IMG/VR virus record: IMGVR_UViG_3300024493_000235
Location: 64,001 to 128,000 of that record
Source of the DNA: a virus
Taxonomy: Duplodnaviria; Caudoviricetes
DNA length: 64,000 nt
Direction: 5' to 3' (one strand)
Of this stretch, positions 27,981-39,035 are shown in pieces. A program made the translations under genes and the position numbers. Below the pieces are notes generated by a model, which was not told the DNA's origin, searched no databases, and saw nothing but the letters and a program-made list of their open reading frames with translations. Numbering within the stretch: the stretch's first letter is position 1; the number at the start of each line of letters is the position of its first letter.

Positions 27981-30029
27981 ATGGCAAGACCGAGAAGTTT
28001 TGAGCCAGGAAAATCTAAGCATTGCAAGTACCGGACTTTTGGGAAAACGTGCACATCGTGTGGAAAAACGTTTTTAATCACTAGCCGCAACATCTTACGT
28101 CGTCAAGGAAGAAAACGGCCGACAGATATATGCGAGGTATGTCTTAGGGCCCAAGACAACCAAACAAGATTTGGAGAAAACTACGAAGAATGGAAAGATG
28201 ACGTAAACGCAAAAAGAAAGAAAACCGTACAAAAACATTACGGCGTTGATCATCAAATGCGCAGCAAAAAAGTTAAACAGAAAGTTGTTGCAACAACACG
28301 TAAATGCTACGGAGTTGACAATGTTGCCCATTGTCCAGAAATCGTCGAAAAACGAAAAGCGACAATGAGGAAACGACATGGTGTGGATTATTCGTTATCA
28401 TCGGCAGTTCTAAGAAAAAAGGCACGACAAACGACGTTTAAAAGATTTGGCGTAGAAAATGTAGCATTACTTCCTGAGAATCAAGCAAAATTGCATTCTG
28501 CAGAAACACAAGCAAAACGTAAAGCTACTATGTTAACACGATTTGGTGTCGACTCGATGTTTAAGTTGAAAAATTTTCACGACATGAGAAGAAAAGGATG
28601 CATCAGAAATAGCGGAGAACCAGAACCTCAACTTAGAAAAAGTGGAAAGTCAGAAGCAGAAAAATCTATCACATCGAAACTGATGTTTATTTGCACAGAA
28701 GGGTTGTTAAAAGACAAACACCTTGTTGTATGCGATGATCCAAAAGATAATACAACCTGTATTACTGTACATGGTGTATTATATAGCCATAGTTGGGACA
28801 TCACAATCAGAGATCAATCTGGCAGTTTAATTCTTGTAATAGATTACGACGGTGATTATTATCATGGGGAAAAGTTTGCTGATTATGATGCTATCATACA
28901 AGCCGAATACAAAGATACCGAACGGTTTATGACAATACCAAAAGGTGTAATGTGGCACATCATAAATGAAAACGGTTTCGATACAGCCATTGAAGATGTC
29001 GTAAAGATTCTTGGATACGATTACTCCGGATTTTTGAAAAGCCTGTATGACTTTGCATGCTCCATTCAATTCCCATTCTGCAAAGACTATCCAGAATACT
29101 ATAATGATAAAACGTTATTAGGAAGTTGGCATAGACTCTGTAATTATGGCGAAGAAGACATAACAAAACCGCGATATAAATATTACAACTATGACAAACT
29201 TGAAAAGGTTGCGGACAAGTCCCGTACAGGAGGGAAACTTATTAACTATTTCCACCCATCTATTTACAAATGTAGATCTCGTGATAAGCCATCTCCATAT
29301 GAAGCATGGCACCATGTTGATGAAAATGGGGATCGCAACTTGTTAATGAAGGCAATAAAAAACCGCATGATATATTCTGCACGATATCAGCCGTTTAGAA
29401 TTCTTCAAGGCTTTTCTAATTCGTATATTGCACCGAAAGTAACGGTATTTTCTCCATCACGAGCACGACTCTATTTGCACAAATATGCACGAAAATTCAA
29501 TACAGTATTTGATCCGTTTATGGGTTATTCAGGTCGTATGCTTGGTGCATTATCTCTTGAAAAAAATTACATCGGATCGGATATAAATCCGACCATTTTT
29601 GAAGAAGCTGGAGACATCGTCAAATGGTTGGACAAAAATAAAGAACTCGCCGCCGATGTTTGCATTACATGCAAGGATATTTTAACATACGAAAGAGGTA
29701 CACAATACGAATGCTTATTCACATGTCCTCCGTATAAAGATCTTGAAATATGGTGGGATGATTTGACACAGACGGAAATACGATCAAACAATACTGCTGA
29801 AGAATGGGTTATGTATTGTCTTGAAATGTTTGAGTGTACGCGATACATTTTTGTTGTTGATGCTCGTTGTAACAAGTTTCAACCATACGTTGTTCATATT
29901 TGTAATTCTATAATAGAAAACAAATATAACTCGTATAAACGGGAAAAAGTTCTTGTTATAGATTTTGAAGACAGGAACAGAATGGGGTTTGGACAACAAA
30001 ATTTCAAATTTAGTATCGTTAAAGAATAA
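27981..30029 (+). CDS. Zn-ribbon + YG repeats + endonuclease-like domain + DNA methyltransferase (paralogue C)
   Basis: HYGVD/RFGVE repeats; IDYDGDYYHG; FDPFMGYSGRMLG; TCPPY. Confidence 0.75.
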   Translation: MARPRSFEPGKSKHCKYRTFGKTCTSCGKTFLITSRNILRRQGRKRPTDICEVCLRAQDNQTRFGENYEEWKDDVNAKRKKTVQKHYGVDHQMRSKKVKQKVVATTRKCYGVDNVAHCPEIVEKRKATMRKRHGVDYSLSSAVLRKKARQTTFKRFGVENVALLPENQAKLHSAETQAKRKATMLTRFGVDSMFKLKNFHDMRRKGCIRNSGEPEPQLRKSGKSEAEKSITSKLMFICTEGLLKDKHLVVCDDPKDNTTCITVHGVLYSHSWDITIRDQSGSLILVIDYDGDYYHGEKFADYDAIIQAEYKDTERFMTIPKGVMWHIINENGFDTAIEDVVKILGYDYSGFLKSLYDFACSIQFPFCKDYPEYYNDKTLLGSWHRLCNYGEEDITKPRYKYYNYDKLEKVADKSRTGGKLINYFHPSIYKCRSRDKPSPYEAWHHVDENGDRNLLMKAIKNRMIYSARYQPFRILQGFSNSYIAPKVTVFSPSRARLYLHKYARKFNTVFDPFMGYSGRMLGALSLEKNYIGSDINPTIFEEAGDIVKWLDKNKELAADVCITCKDILTYERGTQYECLFTCPPYKDLEIWWDDLTQTEIRSNNTAEEWVMYCLEMFECTRYIFVVDARCNKFQPYVVHICNSIIENKYNSYKREKVLVIDFEDRNRMGFGQQNFKFSIVKE

Positions 30030-30082
30030 AGTAAATCCACAGGGCCATTATGGCCCTGTGGATATTTTTTGTTTGTGTTTCC

Positions 30083-31870
30083 TTACGGAGTCGTCGGGGT
30101 AGCGGCAGTTTTCGGTTTGGTGAACTGAGTTCCGTCGTTTCCTGTAATCTTCAGGTTGAAGTTCATCGGCAGGAAGCTCTGGAAAGTATGGCGCTTTGTA
30201 ATCATGATTGAGGGCACGACGCTGTTATGCGGATTCTGATACCCACGTGATACCGTATAACTGAAAGGATGATATAAAGCAGTTGGTCTCTTATCATCCA
30301 CCGAGGTGAAGAAGCCAAGAATACCGGTGTCCTGTTGAATTTCAGGAGTATAGATACAGCGTACCTTACCGTTAATGATGTTTGTCGAGAACCCGAAGGT
30401 GTAACCGACTTTAAAGCCGAACACATCGTCCCTGTTCGTATCGGCATCACCGTTCAACTGGGCGAAGCCTTCGTACTTGAAATCGGGAACGTGCATCATG
30501 TTGTTCGCGTGTCCCACCATACACCAGTAGCCGTCTTCAATACGGGAAGCTTGCCTTATAGTGTTGATGTAGAATGACACGCACTTCTTGAGCATGACAT
30601 CGACGTAGGAGGCCGGATTTTCTCCGTGGGCAACCCTTATATCAAATTCGGCGTTCGGGATATTCATTCCGCGAAGAACGTTCTGCGGAATGTAGGCGGC
30701 AGCAGCGGAACCTTTAAGCTCGTTCTTGTAGAACTGAAGCATTTCAACGTTCATAACACCGGCGTAAGTCTCGGATGCGATATCGGTCATCGCAACAACA
30801 TAATCACTTCCCTGGTGGCTTGTCGGATATTCCTGCAATAGCTCAACCGGGGTATTGATCATGACGTGCTGTCCGGCACCAATCATGACTTCCAGGCTGT
30901 GCTGTTCTTGCTTTAACTGAACAGGAGTTCTGTTGTCTTCTGGAGACAGGAACGCTTCAATTTCGAAACTCAAAATGTTGGCGTCGGTTGTCATCGCTCT
31001 CATGCGGCCAGTTCCCAAGTCAATGATGACTGTGAGGGCAGCCGGGTTGTCGGCATCATCCGGATCCAAGACGATATCGGTATTAAAAAGGAGGTCCCCT
31101 GCTTTACCGGTTTTGCTTGACGGTTGAACTTTGGCCGGGAAGGTCTGCGTTGTGCCAGCTTTATCTTTGTATGTGATATTGCGAACGCAGATTCTCCTGT
31201 CGATAGCACGGCCATCATACTTCTGGCGTACGCTCGAATCAAGACATATATCCAAGAAGTTATCGGAGAAGGATTGTTTGCCGGATCCGAAAGTAATCTT
31301 TGTGAATCCGTCAGTCGTCTTTGACGCTTGAGGATGGATTCCCGCAGGAGCGAGCCGTCTTAACCCGATAACAGGTTCGGCGTCATCAACCATTGAATAA
31401 GGAAGATCCTTGCGGGTTGCACCGTCGACAATGTACGGTATATCGAAGGTCAAGGTATACGTCGGCTGCTTTAAGGCTACAACGCGCATAAGAGCCGGGA
31501 CTATACACCTCGCCCAAATGGCACGGATTACAGGTCCATTAAGGTATGCGAATGTCGTCACGTTTCCGACAGAACCGTCTTCAGCGGTGATATCTTCGCC
31601 ATGACAGACAATACTTCTGTCACGATCGAGGAGTTCACCCATTGTGGCTTTAGCGTCTTCGTTTGCGATATCTCCAAACATGGATTCTTTGTACTTTGCA
31701 TACTCATTTGAGTCTTCAAATACGGAGATTATTCCAGCTTTGGAACCGATAGAAATTCCTCTTTCGGCGAAAGCTTCCATAGTGAGAGTGAGGGCGCTGT
31801 TAAACGGATGGTTTCGCGGCTTGGGGATTTCTTTTGTCTCGTAGGTAATACTACCAACATTTATAGGCAT
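30083..31870 (-). CDS. putative major capsid protein
   Basis: 595 aa, strong expression-type codon bias, last gene of a late operon, N-terminal x-x-E propeptide sites. Confidence 0.7.
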   Translation of the reverse strand: MPINVGSITYETKEIPKPRNHPFNSALTLTMEAFAERGISIGSKAGIISVFEDSNEYAKYKESMFGDIANEDAKATMGELLDRDRSIVCHGEDITAEDGSVGNVTTFAYLNGPVIRAIWARCIVPALMRVVALKQPTYTLTFDIPYIVDGATRKDLPYSMVDDAEPVIGLRRLAPAGIHPQASKTTDGFTKITFGSGKQSFSDNFLDICLDSSVRQKYDGRAIDRRICVRNITYKDKAGTTQTFPAKVQPSSKTGKAGDLLFNTDIVLDPDDADNPAALTVIIDLGTGRMRAMTTDANILSFEIEAFLSPEDNRTPVQLKQEQHSLEVMIGAGQHVMINTPVELLQEYPTSHQGSDYVVAMTDIASETYAGVMNVEMLQFYKNELKGSAAAAYIPQNVLRGMNIPNAEFDIRVAHGENPASYVDVMLKKCVSFYINTIRQASRIEDGYWCMVGHANNMMHVPDFKYEGFAQLNGDADTNRDDVFGFKVGYTFGFSTNIINGKVRCIYTPEIQQDTGILGFFTSVDDKRPTALYHPFSYTVSRGYQNPHNSVVPSIMITKRHTFQSFLPMNFNLKITGNDGTQFTKPKTAATPTTP

Positions 31871-31930
31871 ATGTTTCTCCTCTTCACAGGTTCGACTGTG
31901 ATTGTTTAAAAATAAAGGCGGGATATAACA

Positions 31931-32572
31931 CTACTCTTTCGCTTCTTTTCCAGAGTTCGGCTTCTGGTCTATCTGCAATCGAGCAAGTTGTTCGAGTATC
32001 AATGAACTTCGTTCCTTCAATAACTCGAAGTTAATTAAGCAGTCCGCTTCGGAATAATCCTCGAACTTGCTTATTACGAGCTTTCCGTCATCATAAATCT
32101 TCTGTAGTTGGGCGACACAAGATTTAATCTCGGTTTGCGTTGTGTCAATTTTCAACAACGCGTCAACAGACTCTTTTAGGACCGATAAGATCCTATTAAA
32201 TTCCGAGTAAAGCGTTAATTTCCGGTTTAAACCTCCTATGGGAGAAGTTTTTTCGTCCATAGGATTATCCTGACCGGACGACGCTGCATTTGGATCAGAC
32301 TCTCCGGTAGAAAGGCTATCTGGGTTCCCCAGATTTCCTATATCACCGCCGCCTTGATTGTCATCTCCACTCGACGAATCCACCGGATTTTTGGCGTTTG
32401 GGTCAGCATCTCGTTGTTCACGAGTTTTTTGTAGCTCAGCATCCAAACTGTCGTCACCGGGGTTATTACTAGATTGTTGTGTGTTTTCTGCTTCAAATTG
32501 CAGGTTTCTGCTAATGAAGCTAAAAGCGTTTTCTCGGGTTATTTTTGGCTTAGTTATCGTTGCAAATGCCAT
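31931..32572 (-). CDS. putative head assembly/scaffold-like protein
   Basis: Acidic low-complexity N-half with helical C-half, upstream of the capsid gene. Confidence 0.45.
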   Translation of the reverse strand: MAFATITKPKITRENAFSFISRNLQFEAENTQQSSNNPGDDSLDAELQKTREQRDADPNAKNPVDSSSGDDNQGGGDIGNLGNPDSLSTGESDPNAASSGQDNPMDEKTSPIGGLNRKLTLYSEFNRILSVLKESVDALLKIDTTQTEIKSCVAQLQKIYDDGKLVISKFEDYSEADCLINFELLKERSSLILEQLARLQIDQKPNSGKEAKE

Positions 32573-32583
32573 ATACCCTCCCT

Positions 32584-33627
32584 TTAATCCACGGGCCTGT
32601 CGACTTTGTGTCGAAGACCGTAACGCAGTTTTGCATGAGCTTGTATAGCCGTTCTTTTTGCAATTAAAAGATCGGCCTTTTTATCGTAATCACCTTCTTG
32701 TTCGGCTTTTGCTATAAGAGCATCTATTTTAAGCACTTCATGCTGTAACTCTTCTGCAGCAGCTCTTTTGTTTTTAGCTGAAATCGCTTTTGATGTTACA
32801 ACTACAGCGGCGGCTATAGGAAGATTCACCATAGCAAGTCCTAATATAGCAACCCCTTTTCCTGCAGTCTTAAGTCCTTTCTTTAAATGCTCTCCTAAAG
32901 TTTTAGGATCTTCTCTTGCTTCCGCCATCTGTTGAGTAATAGCTTTCTCCTGCTGTTCGATTGGCATGTTATTTACCTTTGCAACAGAAGATTTTGTAAA
33001 GTCTTGCACCTTTACTGCGGTTTTCTTCACAGCGGCGATTGCTTTTTGTGTTGTCGGATTATTTTTGAAGTCGCTAAATTTTTTCTTAGCGGCATCTTTT
33101 GTATTTGTAAGTTTTGTTTTAAAAGAAGTTTTCTCTTGTAATCCTCCACCTGCAAATGCCGATTTATTAGGAGTTGCATCTTTACTTCCAGAAGATAATC
33201 TCGATGGAGGGATGCTTCCACTTTTTGGATCCGGCTTCGCAGGCTGTTTCACTTGGGCTTCGGGTTTTTTTGCAGGCTGCACATTTGCTTTTTGTCCCTG
33301 CGCTGTATTTTTAGGATTAAGAGGATCTTCTTTTTTCTTTTGAGGATTTACAGGTTTTTCACCTGGCTTTTTCTCATCAGGTTTTTTTGCTTCCTGTGTA
33401 ACCTCTCCTTCTTTTTTATCGTCAGTTTCTTTTGCTTCAGTTAACGGATTATATCCTGCGGCACTTATTGAGTTGCCGGCATTGGAAACTGATCCGTCTT
33501 CTGCTTCGGGAAGAAGAGATTCGTATATTACAGGGATAGCTGGAGTAATTCTTAAAATCTCAAACTCTTCGCTTATTCCAAGACGAAGATATTCCGAGTT
33601 CTCAAATGATATAGGAGCGAACTGCAT
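32584..33627 (-). CDS. putative virion protein
   Basis: K/P-rich linker plus hydrophobic C-terminal helix; in a late operon. Confidence 0.55.
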   Translation of the reverse strand: MQFAPISFENSEYLRLGISEEFEILRITPAIPVIYESLLPEAEDGSVSNAGNSISAAGYNPLTEAKETDDKKEGEVTQEAKKPDEKKPGEKPVNPQKKKEDPLNPKNTAQGQKANVQPAKKPEAQVKQPAKPDPKSGSIPPSRLSSGSKDATPNKSAFAGGGLQEKTSFKTKLTNTKDAAKKKFSDFKNNPTTQKAIAAVKKTAVKVQDFTKSSVAKVNNMPIEQQEKAITQQMAEAREDPKTLGEHLKKGLKTAGKGVAILGLAMVNLPIAAAVVVTSKAISAKNKRAAAEELQHEVLKIDALIAKAEQEGDYDKKADLLIAKRTAIQAHAKLRYGLRHKVDRPVD

Positions 33628-36350
33628 TATGTGCCCTCCTTTAATAAGTCTTCAAGATGAACAGGTTTTACCTTAAACGATGTATCGGCATTTTCTGTAG
33701 CAATAGGCGGCATCGTGTCATTGTCATTCCAGTTCGTTCCGCCTCTTTTTATTTCCCAATCCTTCTTGTCAAGTTTTTGTCTTACAAGAGAATCGAAGGA
33801 ACAAGCTGCAACAGAAATATCATGCTGAACAGCAGTGAGGTTTGTATAATCAGGAGGTTTTATTACATGGGACATTTCACATATTCCGTACATCTCTCCC
33901 ATATCTTGACCCGAATATCCTGGGACATGTATCTTATGAGAAAGCTCTTCGTTGTATTGTTTTATAAGATCCATTCTCTGGAGTATTGTTATAAACGATA
34001 AAGATTCAAGAACAGGAAGAAGCCATTCTTGCATTTCCTTTGAATTCATGTCGACACCGTTGTGTTTATCCATATCCGTCGGTGTACTGAATAGTGCACA
34101 ATCGTCTATAACAGCAGGAGTTTCAAAGTATTCAAAGAATGTAGAATCCCTTGAAAAAAGCTTATTGATGAGTATCTTTGTGATATCTACAATAGGATGA
34201 AAATCGTTTGAATCTCTAAGACTCAAAGTCTTTTGTGTTGAAGGATTGTACAATTCAAAAAGCATCACTAACGCATATTCTGCGCTCATGACATTCTCGA
34301 TGATGGCATTCGACAGATATTCCAAAAGGTTCCGATACTGATTTCTATCATCGGTTACGATGCTATTGTCAGCTCTGTTGGCCCTTCTAAATATTTCAAG
34401 TAAATCTTTTCTGATTCTTTCTTGTACATCCCAGGTGTTGTTATAAACAGAGTTTGCAATATTTTCTTCTTTGCGATATTGAAACTCGGGAAGATGAATT
34501 GACCTATACTGGTATTTTACGGAAAGATTAAAAAGCGTATGAAGCAAATGCGGAGAGCCTTGAAAAACACTATTTGATAACGCGCATGCCATAAATGTAA
34601 GCCACATGGAGTATACAGAGATTGGTCTACTTGCTATGGGATTTTGACTTGGATCTCTTAGAGCTCCGTTAGTAAGAGTCAGAATCGCAATATCAACCAC
34701 CCCGTTTTCAATAAGCATACCTAAAGACCCGTTGTTGTTAAACTGATCAAAAGTTATAGCGGAGACAACCCTTGCAAGATACGTGTGATCTCTTATTGGA
34801 TATACATGGCACGGATCTTCATTTCCATCTCCCATTACTTTCTGGTATATATCGCTTATACCTTCGCCGAATAAAAATTCAATATGACGCATGATTTTTT
34901 GCGACCATGAATGCGGGTATCTTTGTAAAAAAGATTCGTAGTTTGCTCTTGTCATACCGATGTCATCGGCATCACTTTGACCGTTTCTGATATTTTTAAC
35001 AGCCTCATAAATCTTATCAAAAGAAAGAGCGTTGTAGAACGAATAGAAGTTAAGGTTGTTAAAGTTATATAATACAGGACTTCCTATACGAAGTTGATAC
35101 AAATTCATCCTGCATACAAACGAAGATTTTTTTAGCATCGAGTAGATATTGTTGATAGAATCTTTGAGTCTATCTTTTTCAGAATATTCTGTAAAGAAAC
35201 CATCACAATATCCTGCTAACACTTTCTTAAGAAAAGTGACCATATGCTTGAAGTGAAATTTTTCAACATCCAAAGATTGTTGCAGTTTAACTTGTATTAC
35301 TTCGGTTTTTCCTTTTCCGTCTCCAAAACCACCACCGAAAAGTAAGTTGTCTTCTTCGATAACTTCCGAAAGACGAATAAATGTTGCAGCTAGGATAATA
35401 AACTGTTCGAAGTTTTCCACAATGCCGTTATATTCTTTTGACACCGCAATTTCTTGTTTTTCAATCCATTTTGTATATATGTCGTTTCCCATGTTGTATT
35501 TACAAATAAGGATTAGATACATTCCAAGTGTCGAAGTTATCACATTAAGGTCATATCGGTTTAAAATGTTTCTCGGATGATGCATCACATTTCCTATCAT
35601 TGAACTGAAAAGGGTCTTAAACGAGTATTTCATAACCGAAAGATTCCATGTAGAAGAATCTGATACGGCTTTTGAAAACATCGCATGAAAATTGTTATTG
35701 CGAAGATATTGTTTGTGTTTTAAATACTCGTTACATAATTTAAGAGTGCGACTTAAGTATATATTGTACGCATTTGTACTTACTTCTTTATTGCCTTTAA
35801 CTTCGGCAAGACGTACTTCTTCGGATGAAGACAATCCGTTTTTTATATGGACTATATCTTCAAAGGATTCTGTAGCCGCAGCGAATATCGTTGCGTTTAT
35901 AATATTGATAATTCCAAGGGTTTCAGCTCCAGTAAGATCATCTTTGATGATGGCGTTGTAGCCTGTCATACCTTCAAATTTATCAATATTAAAGTATTTT
36001 TCGTATTTGGATAAGGTGCTGCAGATATCTACAGTCCCGTATGGAGCGACAGATTGGCTTGCGTTGTAAAAAGCGCTCATCATATTATAGTCTTCTTTAG
36101 GAAGACTTTCGTCGTTGTTTCCTTTTGTCGTAAGGTATGCCGATTCTAATATTTCGCACCGCTTTGACAATATGGCTATAACCATGGGAATAAGAAACAT
36201 TTTACATGAAAAAATATTGTCTTTGGATACCTCAAATAAGGCATCCATTGTATTTATTTCATGTACTTTTATACGTCCATTCGAGTTCCCATTGTCACTG
36301 CTATCGTTCAGTTTTTGACGTAAAAAGTTGTCAACTTTATTGTATTGCAT
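33627..36350 (-). CDS. large late-expressed hypothetical protein
   Basis: 907 aa; late promoter 36377-36388. Confidence 0.7.
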   Translation of the reverse strand: MQYNKVDNFLRQKLNDSSDNGNSNGRIKVHEINTMDALFEVSKDNIFSCKMFLIPMVIAILSKRCEILESAYLTTKGNNDESLPKEDYNMMSAFYNASQSVAPYGTVDICSTLSKYEKYFNIDKFEGMTGYNAIIKDDLTGAETLGIINIINATIFAAATESFEDIVHIKNGLSSSEEVRLAEVKGNKEVSTNAYNIYLSRTLKLCNEYLKHKQYLRNNNFHAMFSKAVSDSSTWNLSVMKYSFKTLFSSMIGNVMHHPRNILNRYDLNVITSTLGMYLILICKYNMGNDIYTKWIEKQEIAVSKEYNGIVENFEQFIILAATFIRLSEVIEEDNLLFGGGFGDGKGKTEVIQVKLQQSLDVEKFHFKHMVTFLKKVLAGYCDGFFTEYSEKDRLKDSINNIYSMLKKSSFVCRMNLYQLRIGSPVLYNFNNLNFYSFYNALSFDKIYEAVKNIRNGQSDADDIGMTRANYESFLQRYPHSWSQKIMRHIEFLFGEGISDIYQKVMGDGNEDPCHVYPIRDHTYLARVVSAITFDQFNNNGSLGMLIENGVVDIAILTLTNGALRDPSQNPIASRPISVYSMWLTFMACALSNSVFQGSPHLLHTLFNLSVKYQYRSIHLPEFQYRKEENIANSVYNNTWDVQERIRKDLLEIFRRANRADNSIVTDDRNQYRNLLEYLSNAIIENVMSAEYALVMLFELYNPSTQKTLSLRDSNDFHPIVDITKILINKLFSRDSTFFEYFETPAVIDDCALFSTPTDMDKHNGVDMNSKEMQEWLLPVLESLSFITILQRMDLIKQYNEELSHKIHVPGYSGQDMGEMYGICEMSHVIKPPDYTNLTAVQHDISVAACSFDSLVRQKLDKKDWEIKRGGTNWNDNDTMPPIATENADTSFKVKPVHLEDLLKEGT

Positions 36351-36457
36351 AAAAACTCCTTATTCGAGTTTGTGTTTATTAACATGTTTAATGCAGGATT
36401 TTAAGAGGGTATCAACATTGTCTTAAATTATATATCATGTAAGTAAGGAGATAAAAT

Positions 36458-36853
36458 ATGTCAAATAAAGCATATAATAAGAAACGACGGGAAGCTGCTG
36501 AAAGACGGAAATATATAAATAAAAAGAATGTGGAAGAAAGACGTAAACTTGCAGCGGAAATAAATAGTAAGCCACTTCCTGGTAACACAATACCCGCTAC
36601 ACCAATAACCGGAAATACTGACGGGATACACATTTCATATAAAGAACACAGCGGTCATGAAGATATGATTACAAGCATCGAGTTATTAATGTCGTATGCG
36701 GGTATGGGTTCTTTTTACTTCCAAAAACCGGTTGTTGATAGAACGGAAAAGCCACATAAAGAGAAAAGACAAGAAGGCGATACCGAAGCTCAATGGGAAG
36801 TTGTTGACACAAAAGAACTTCCAGATGGCAGGAAGCAACTTATGTTACAATAA
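36458..36853 (+). CDS. hypothetical protein
   Basis: Promoter at 36429, RBS, terminator. Confidence 0.7.
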   Translation: MSNKAYNKKRREAAERRKYINKKNVEERRKLAAEINSKPLPGNTIPATPITGNTDGIHISYKEHSGHEDMITSIELLMSYAGMGSFYFQKPVVDRTEKPHKEKRQEGDTEAQWEVVDTKELPDGRKQLMLQ

Positions 36854-36936
36854 TATCCGGGGCCAAATCGGCCCCGGATATTATGTTTTTAATTGAAGTA
36901 TAATTATATATAATGTCAGTAAACAGGAGGGATATT

Positions 36937-37614
36937 ATGAGCGTAGAAGAAATATCACTAGAAGCTATTCTAAACGATGATGTAGGTAAAACTATTATTC
37001 ACGGCATTGGTGATAAATTTAAATTCTCAGAAGACGCGTTTTATAACGAAGAATTTGACAAAATACGGGGTGACTTAGACAATCGAAACGTTGAAGTCAT
37101 TGATCGCGAAAAAGAAACTGGCCATATCGATCATTTCATCTGGAATATCGGAAAAAGCAATGAAAACATTACCGACACAAGCGAAGAGAAAGACGGGTTT
37201 TCATTTTATATGGCAAGATTTATCCATTACGATCCATACAAAATGGAAGTACCAGAACTTGCAGACCAATCAAAAGGAGAAGACCGAACGGCCTTCATAG
37301 GACAAATTTTTGATCCTTTACATCCGACATTATCAAAGAAAGATCCTGTACTTGCTATTATTCAACTTAAAAAAGAATATAAAGGCAGAATACGGATTAT
37401 ATTTTGTTACAGAAAAAATCTTTCAAAAGAACTTCGACTGGCATATTTTGAACGCGCTACTGCGATGTCGCGTACAGAAAACAGACGAAAACCTGTAACT
37501 AAAGAAAGTGCAGCTCAAAACGGGGAAATATACGATGATCCGTATGGCGGCGACTTTCCGAAGGCGCTTGATCGACTTCGTAAAATAGTCGACAATTGGG
37601 AAGAGTCTGATTAA
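36937..37614 (+). CDS. hypothetical protein with EISLEAIL N-terminal motif
   Basis: Start after AGGAGG; early-type promoter at 36905. Confidence 0.7.
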   Translation: MSVEEISLEAILNDDVGKTIIHGIGDKFKFSEDAFYNEEFDKIRGDLDNRNVEVIDREKETGHIDHFIWNIGKSNENITDTSEEKDGFSFYMARFIHYDPYKMEVPELADQSKGEDRTAFIGQIFDPLHPTLSKKDPVLAIIQLKKEYKGRIRIIFCYRKNLSKELRLAYFERATAMSRTENRRKPVTKESAAQNGEIYDDPYGGDFPKALDRLRKIVDNWEESD

Positions 37615-37655
37615 TCATATAATATCTGGGGTCATTTGGCCCCAGATATTATTTT

Positions 37656-38459
37656 TTAGCATTTGTACTTACACGCTTTTACAAACTCAATCCATTGATG
37701 TGTATCATCAACGAATGGCTTCGGGCATATTTTTCCTGTAAGGTCATAATGCCTTAGAAGCAGTATCGTTCCAAGTTCAGGTGTCTGCATAACAGTATTA
37801 GGTGAAAGAGAACCTTCTTCATCAATGAATAAAGAGAGTTCTCTTGACACCCATTGGATAAACGTGGCGGCATTTATAGCTGCTTTTTCCCAATTACCGT
37901 TATTGCAAATTTCGATTTGTAAACACTTGAAATTCTGAGCGTTGTTAAACGCGTTGCGTGCTATCTGTGTCTGATTTTTATTTACAGGATTTACGATGAT
38001 TCGTGCGTCTCCTGCACCATGACATCTTTCGTTAAACGGAAGTGCCATACACATGGAATTTTCATCAAAGAGAACTTGAGTTGAACCATGTCCGAAAGGC
38101 ACAATTTTTTCAACGGTGCTACTTATTTCTTGTAACATCTCTTCTTTGACAATACCTTGCTCGGTTTTTCTTTCGACTGTTGTCCTTTTCCAACCCCTAC
38201 AAAAATATTTTGCATTTGCAAGAGCTGTTGCGCCAGGATTTGCATTTGCCGTATAATGAACGACAATGCCATTAAAATTGGTAAGCAATCTTCCGTCACG
38301 ATTAGGATGTCCGTCAGGAATTATGTTTGTCTGAACCTTTATTCCGCTTTTCTTTTCGAAGTCAGCTACACGGGCAGGTTCACTTAAACGACCTAATGCG
38401 TTTACGATACTTTGATCGCTTGAATAAATTCGAGATTCCTCTTTTGTGATCATTCCCAT
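37656..38459 (-). CDS. N-acetylmuramoyl-L-alanine amidase (Amidase_2), probable endolysin
   Basis: IVVHYTAN, IEIC, RHYDLTGKICP; late promoter 38487-38498. Confidence 0.85.
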   Translation of the reverse strand: MGMITKEESRIYSSDQSIVNALGRLSEPARVADFEKKSGIKVQTNIIPDGHPNRDGRLLTNFNGIVVHYTANANPGATALANAKYFCRGWKRTTVERKTEQGIVKEEMLQEISSTVEKIVPFGHGSTQVLFDENSMCMALPFNERCHGAGDARIIVNPVNKNQTQIARNAFNNAQNFKCLQIEICNNGNWEKAAINAATFIQWVSRELSLFIDEEGSLSPNTVMQTPELGTILLLRHYDLTGKICPKPFVDDTHQWIEFVKACKYKC

Positions 38460-38519
38460 AATTTTCTCCTTAATAAAAGTACTCTACATGATGATGTTTC
38501 AAGGACTCAAATGTGTATT

Positions 38520-39035
38520 TTATTTAGAGATAATGAGATGAAATCTTTTATTGACAACGTCACTTGATATATATATTTTTGACATAAGATATGTAGCAAG
38601 ATAATTATGATATTTTGCTAGTGCATCTTCTTGTACAAATGAAGGAGTATATTCTCTAAATTGTTCAAATACAATTCCTCTTGCGACATTAGATATATCC
38701 GCATTTGCAACATCGGTGGCTTTCATCATGATGTCGTATGTAGGTTCGATGTGAACGCCCCAACCGATAAGATGATATAATTTCATTGTCGGTTTAAAAG
38801 AAATACTATACCATTGCTGTGTCTGGTGTAAGAAATTCTCTTGTAACATTTGAAATCGTTCTGTTGTGATATTAGCTTTTAGGATATTTTGTATTTGAAA
38901 TAACCCTAGTTTTTCATTTATCCACGAATGATACACTTGAGCTATATATTTACAAATGTCAGAAACACCTAAATAGACTATATTATCACTCTTCTTGGTC
39001 TGTGTCGTCGGCTGTTGAGTCTTTTCCTGTTTCAT
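38520..39035 (-). CDS. hypothetical protein
   Basis: 171 aa in a late operon. Confidence 0.65.
   Translation of the reverse strand: MKQEKTQQPTTQTKKSDNIVYLGVSDICKYIAQVYHSWINEKLGLFQIQNILKANITTERFQMLQENFLHQTQQWYSISFKPTMKLYHLIGWGVHIEPTYDIMMKATDVANADISNVARGIVFEQFREYTPSFVQEDALAKYHNYLATYLMSKIYISSDVVNKRFHLIISK

Noticed and set aside
31858-31910. Dedicated late promoter for the capsid gene
   Set aside because: The upstream AACA is followed by N6-GT and the only exact match overlaps the start codon; probably read through from 36377
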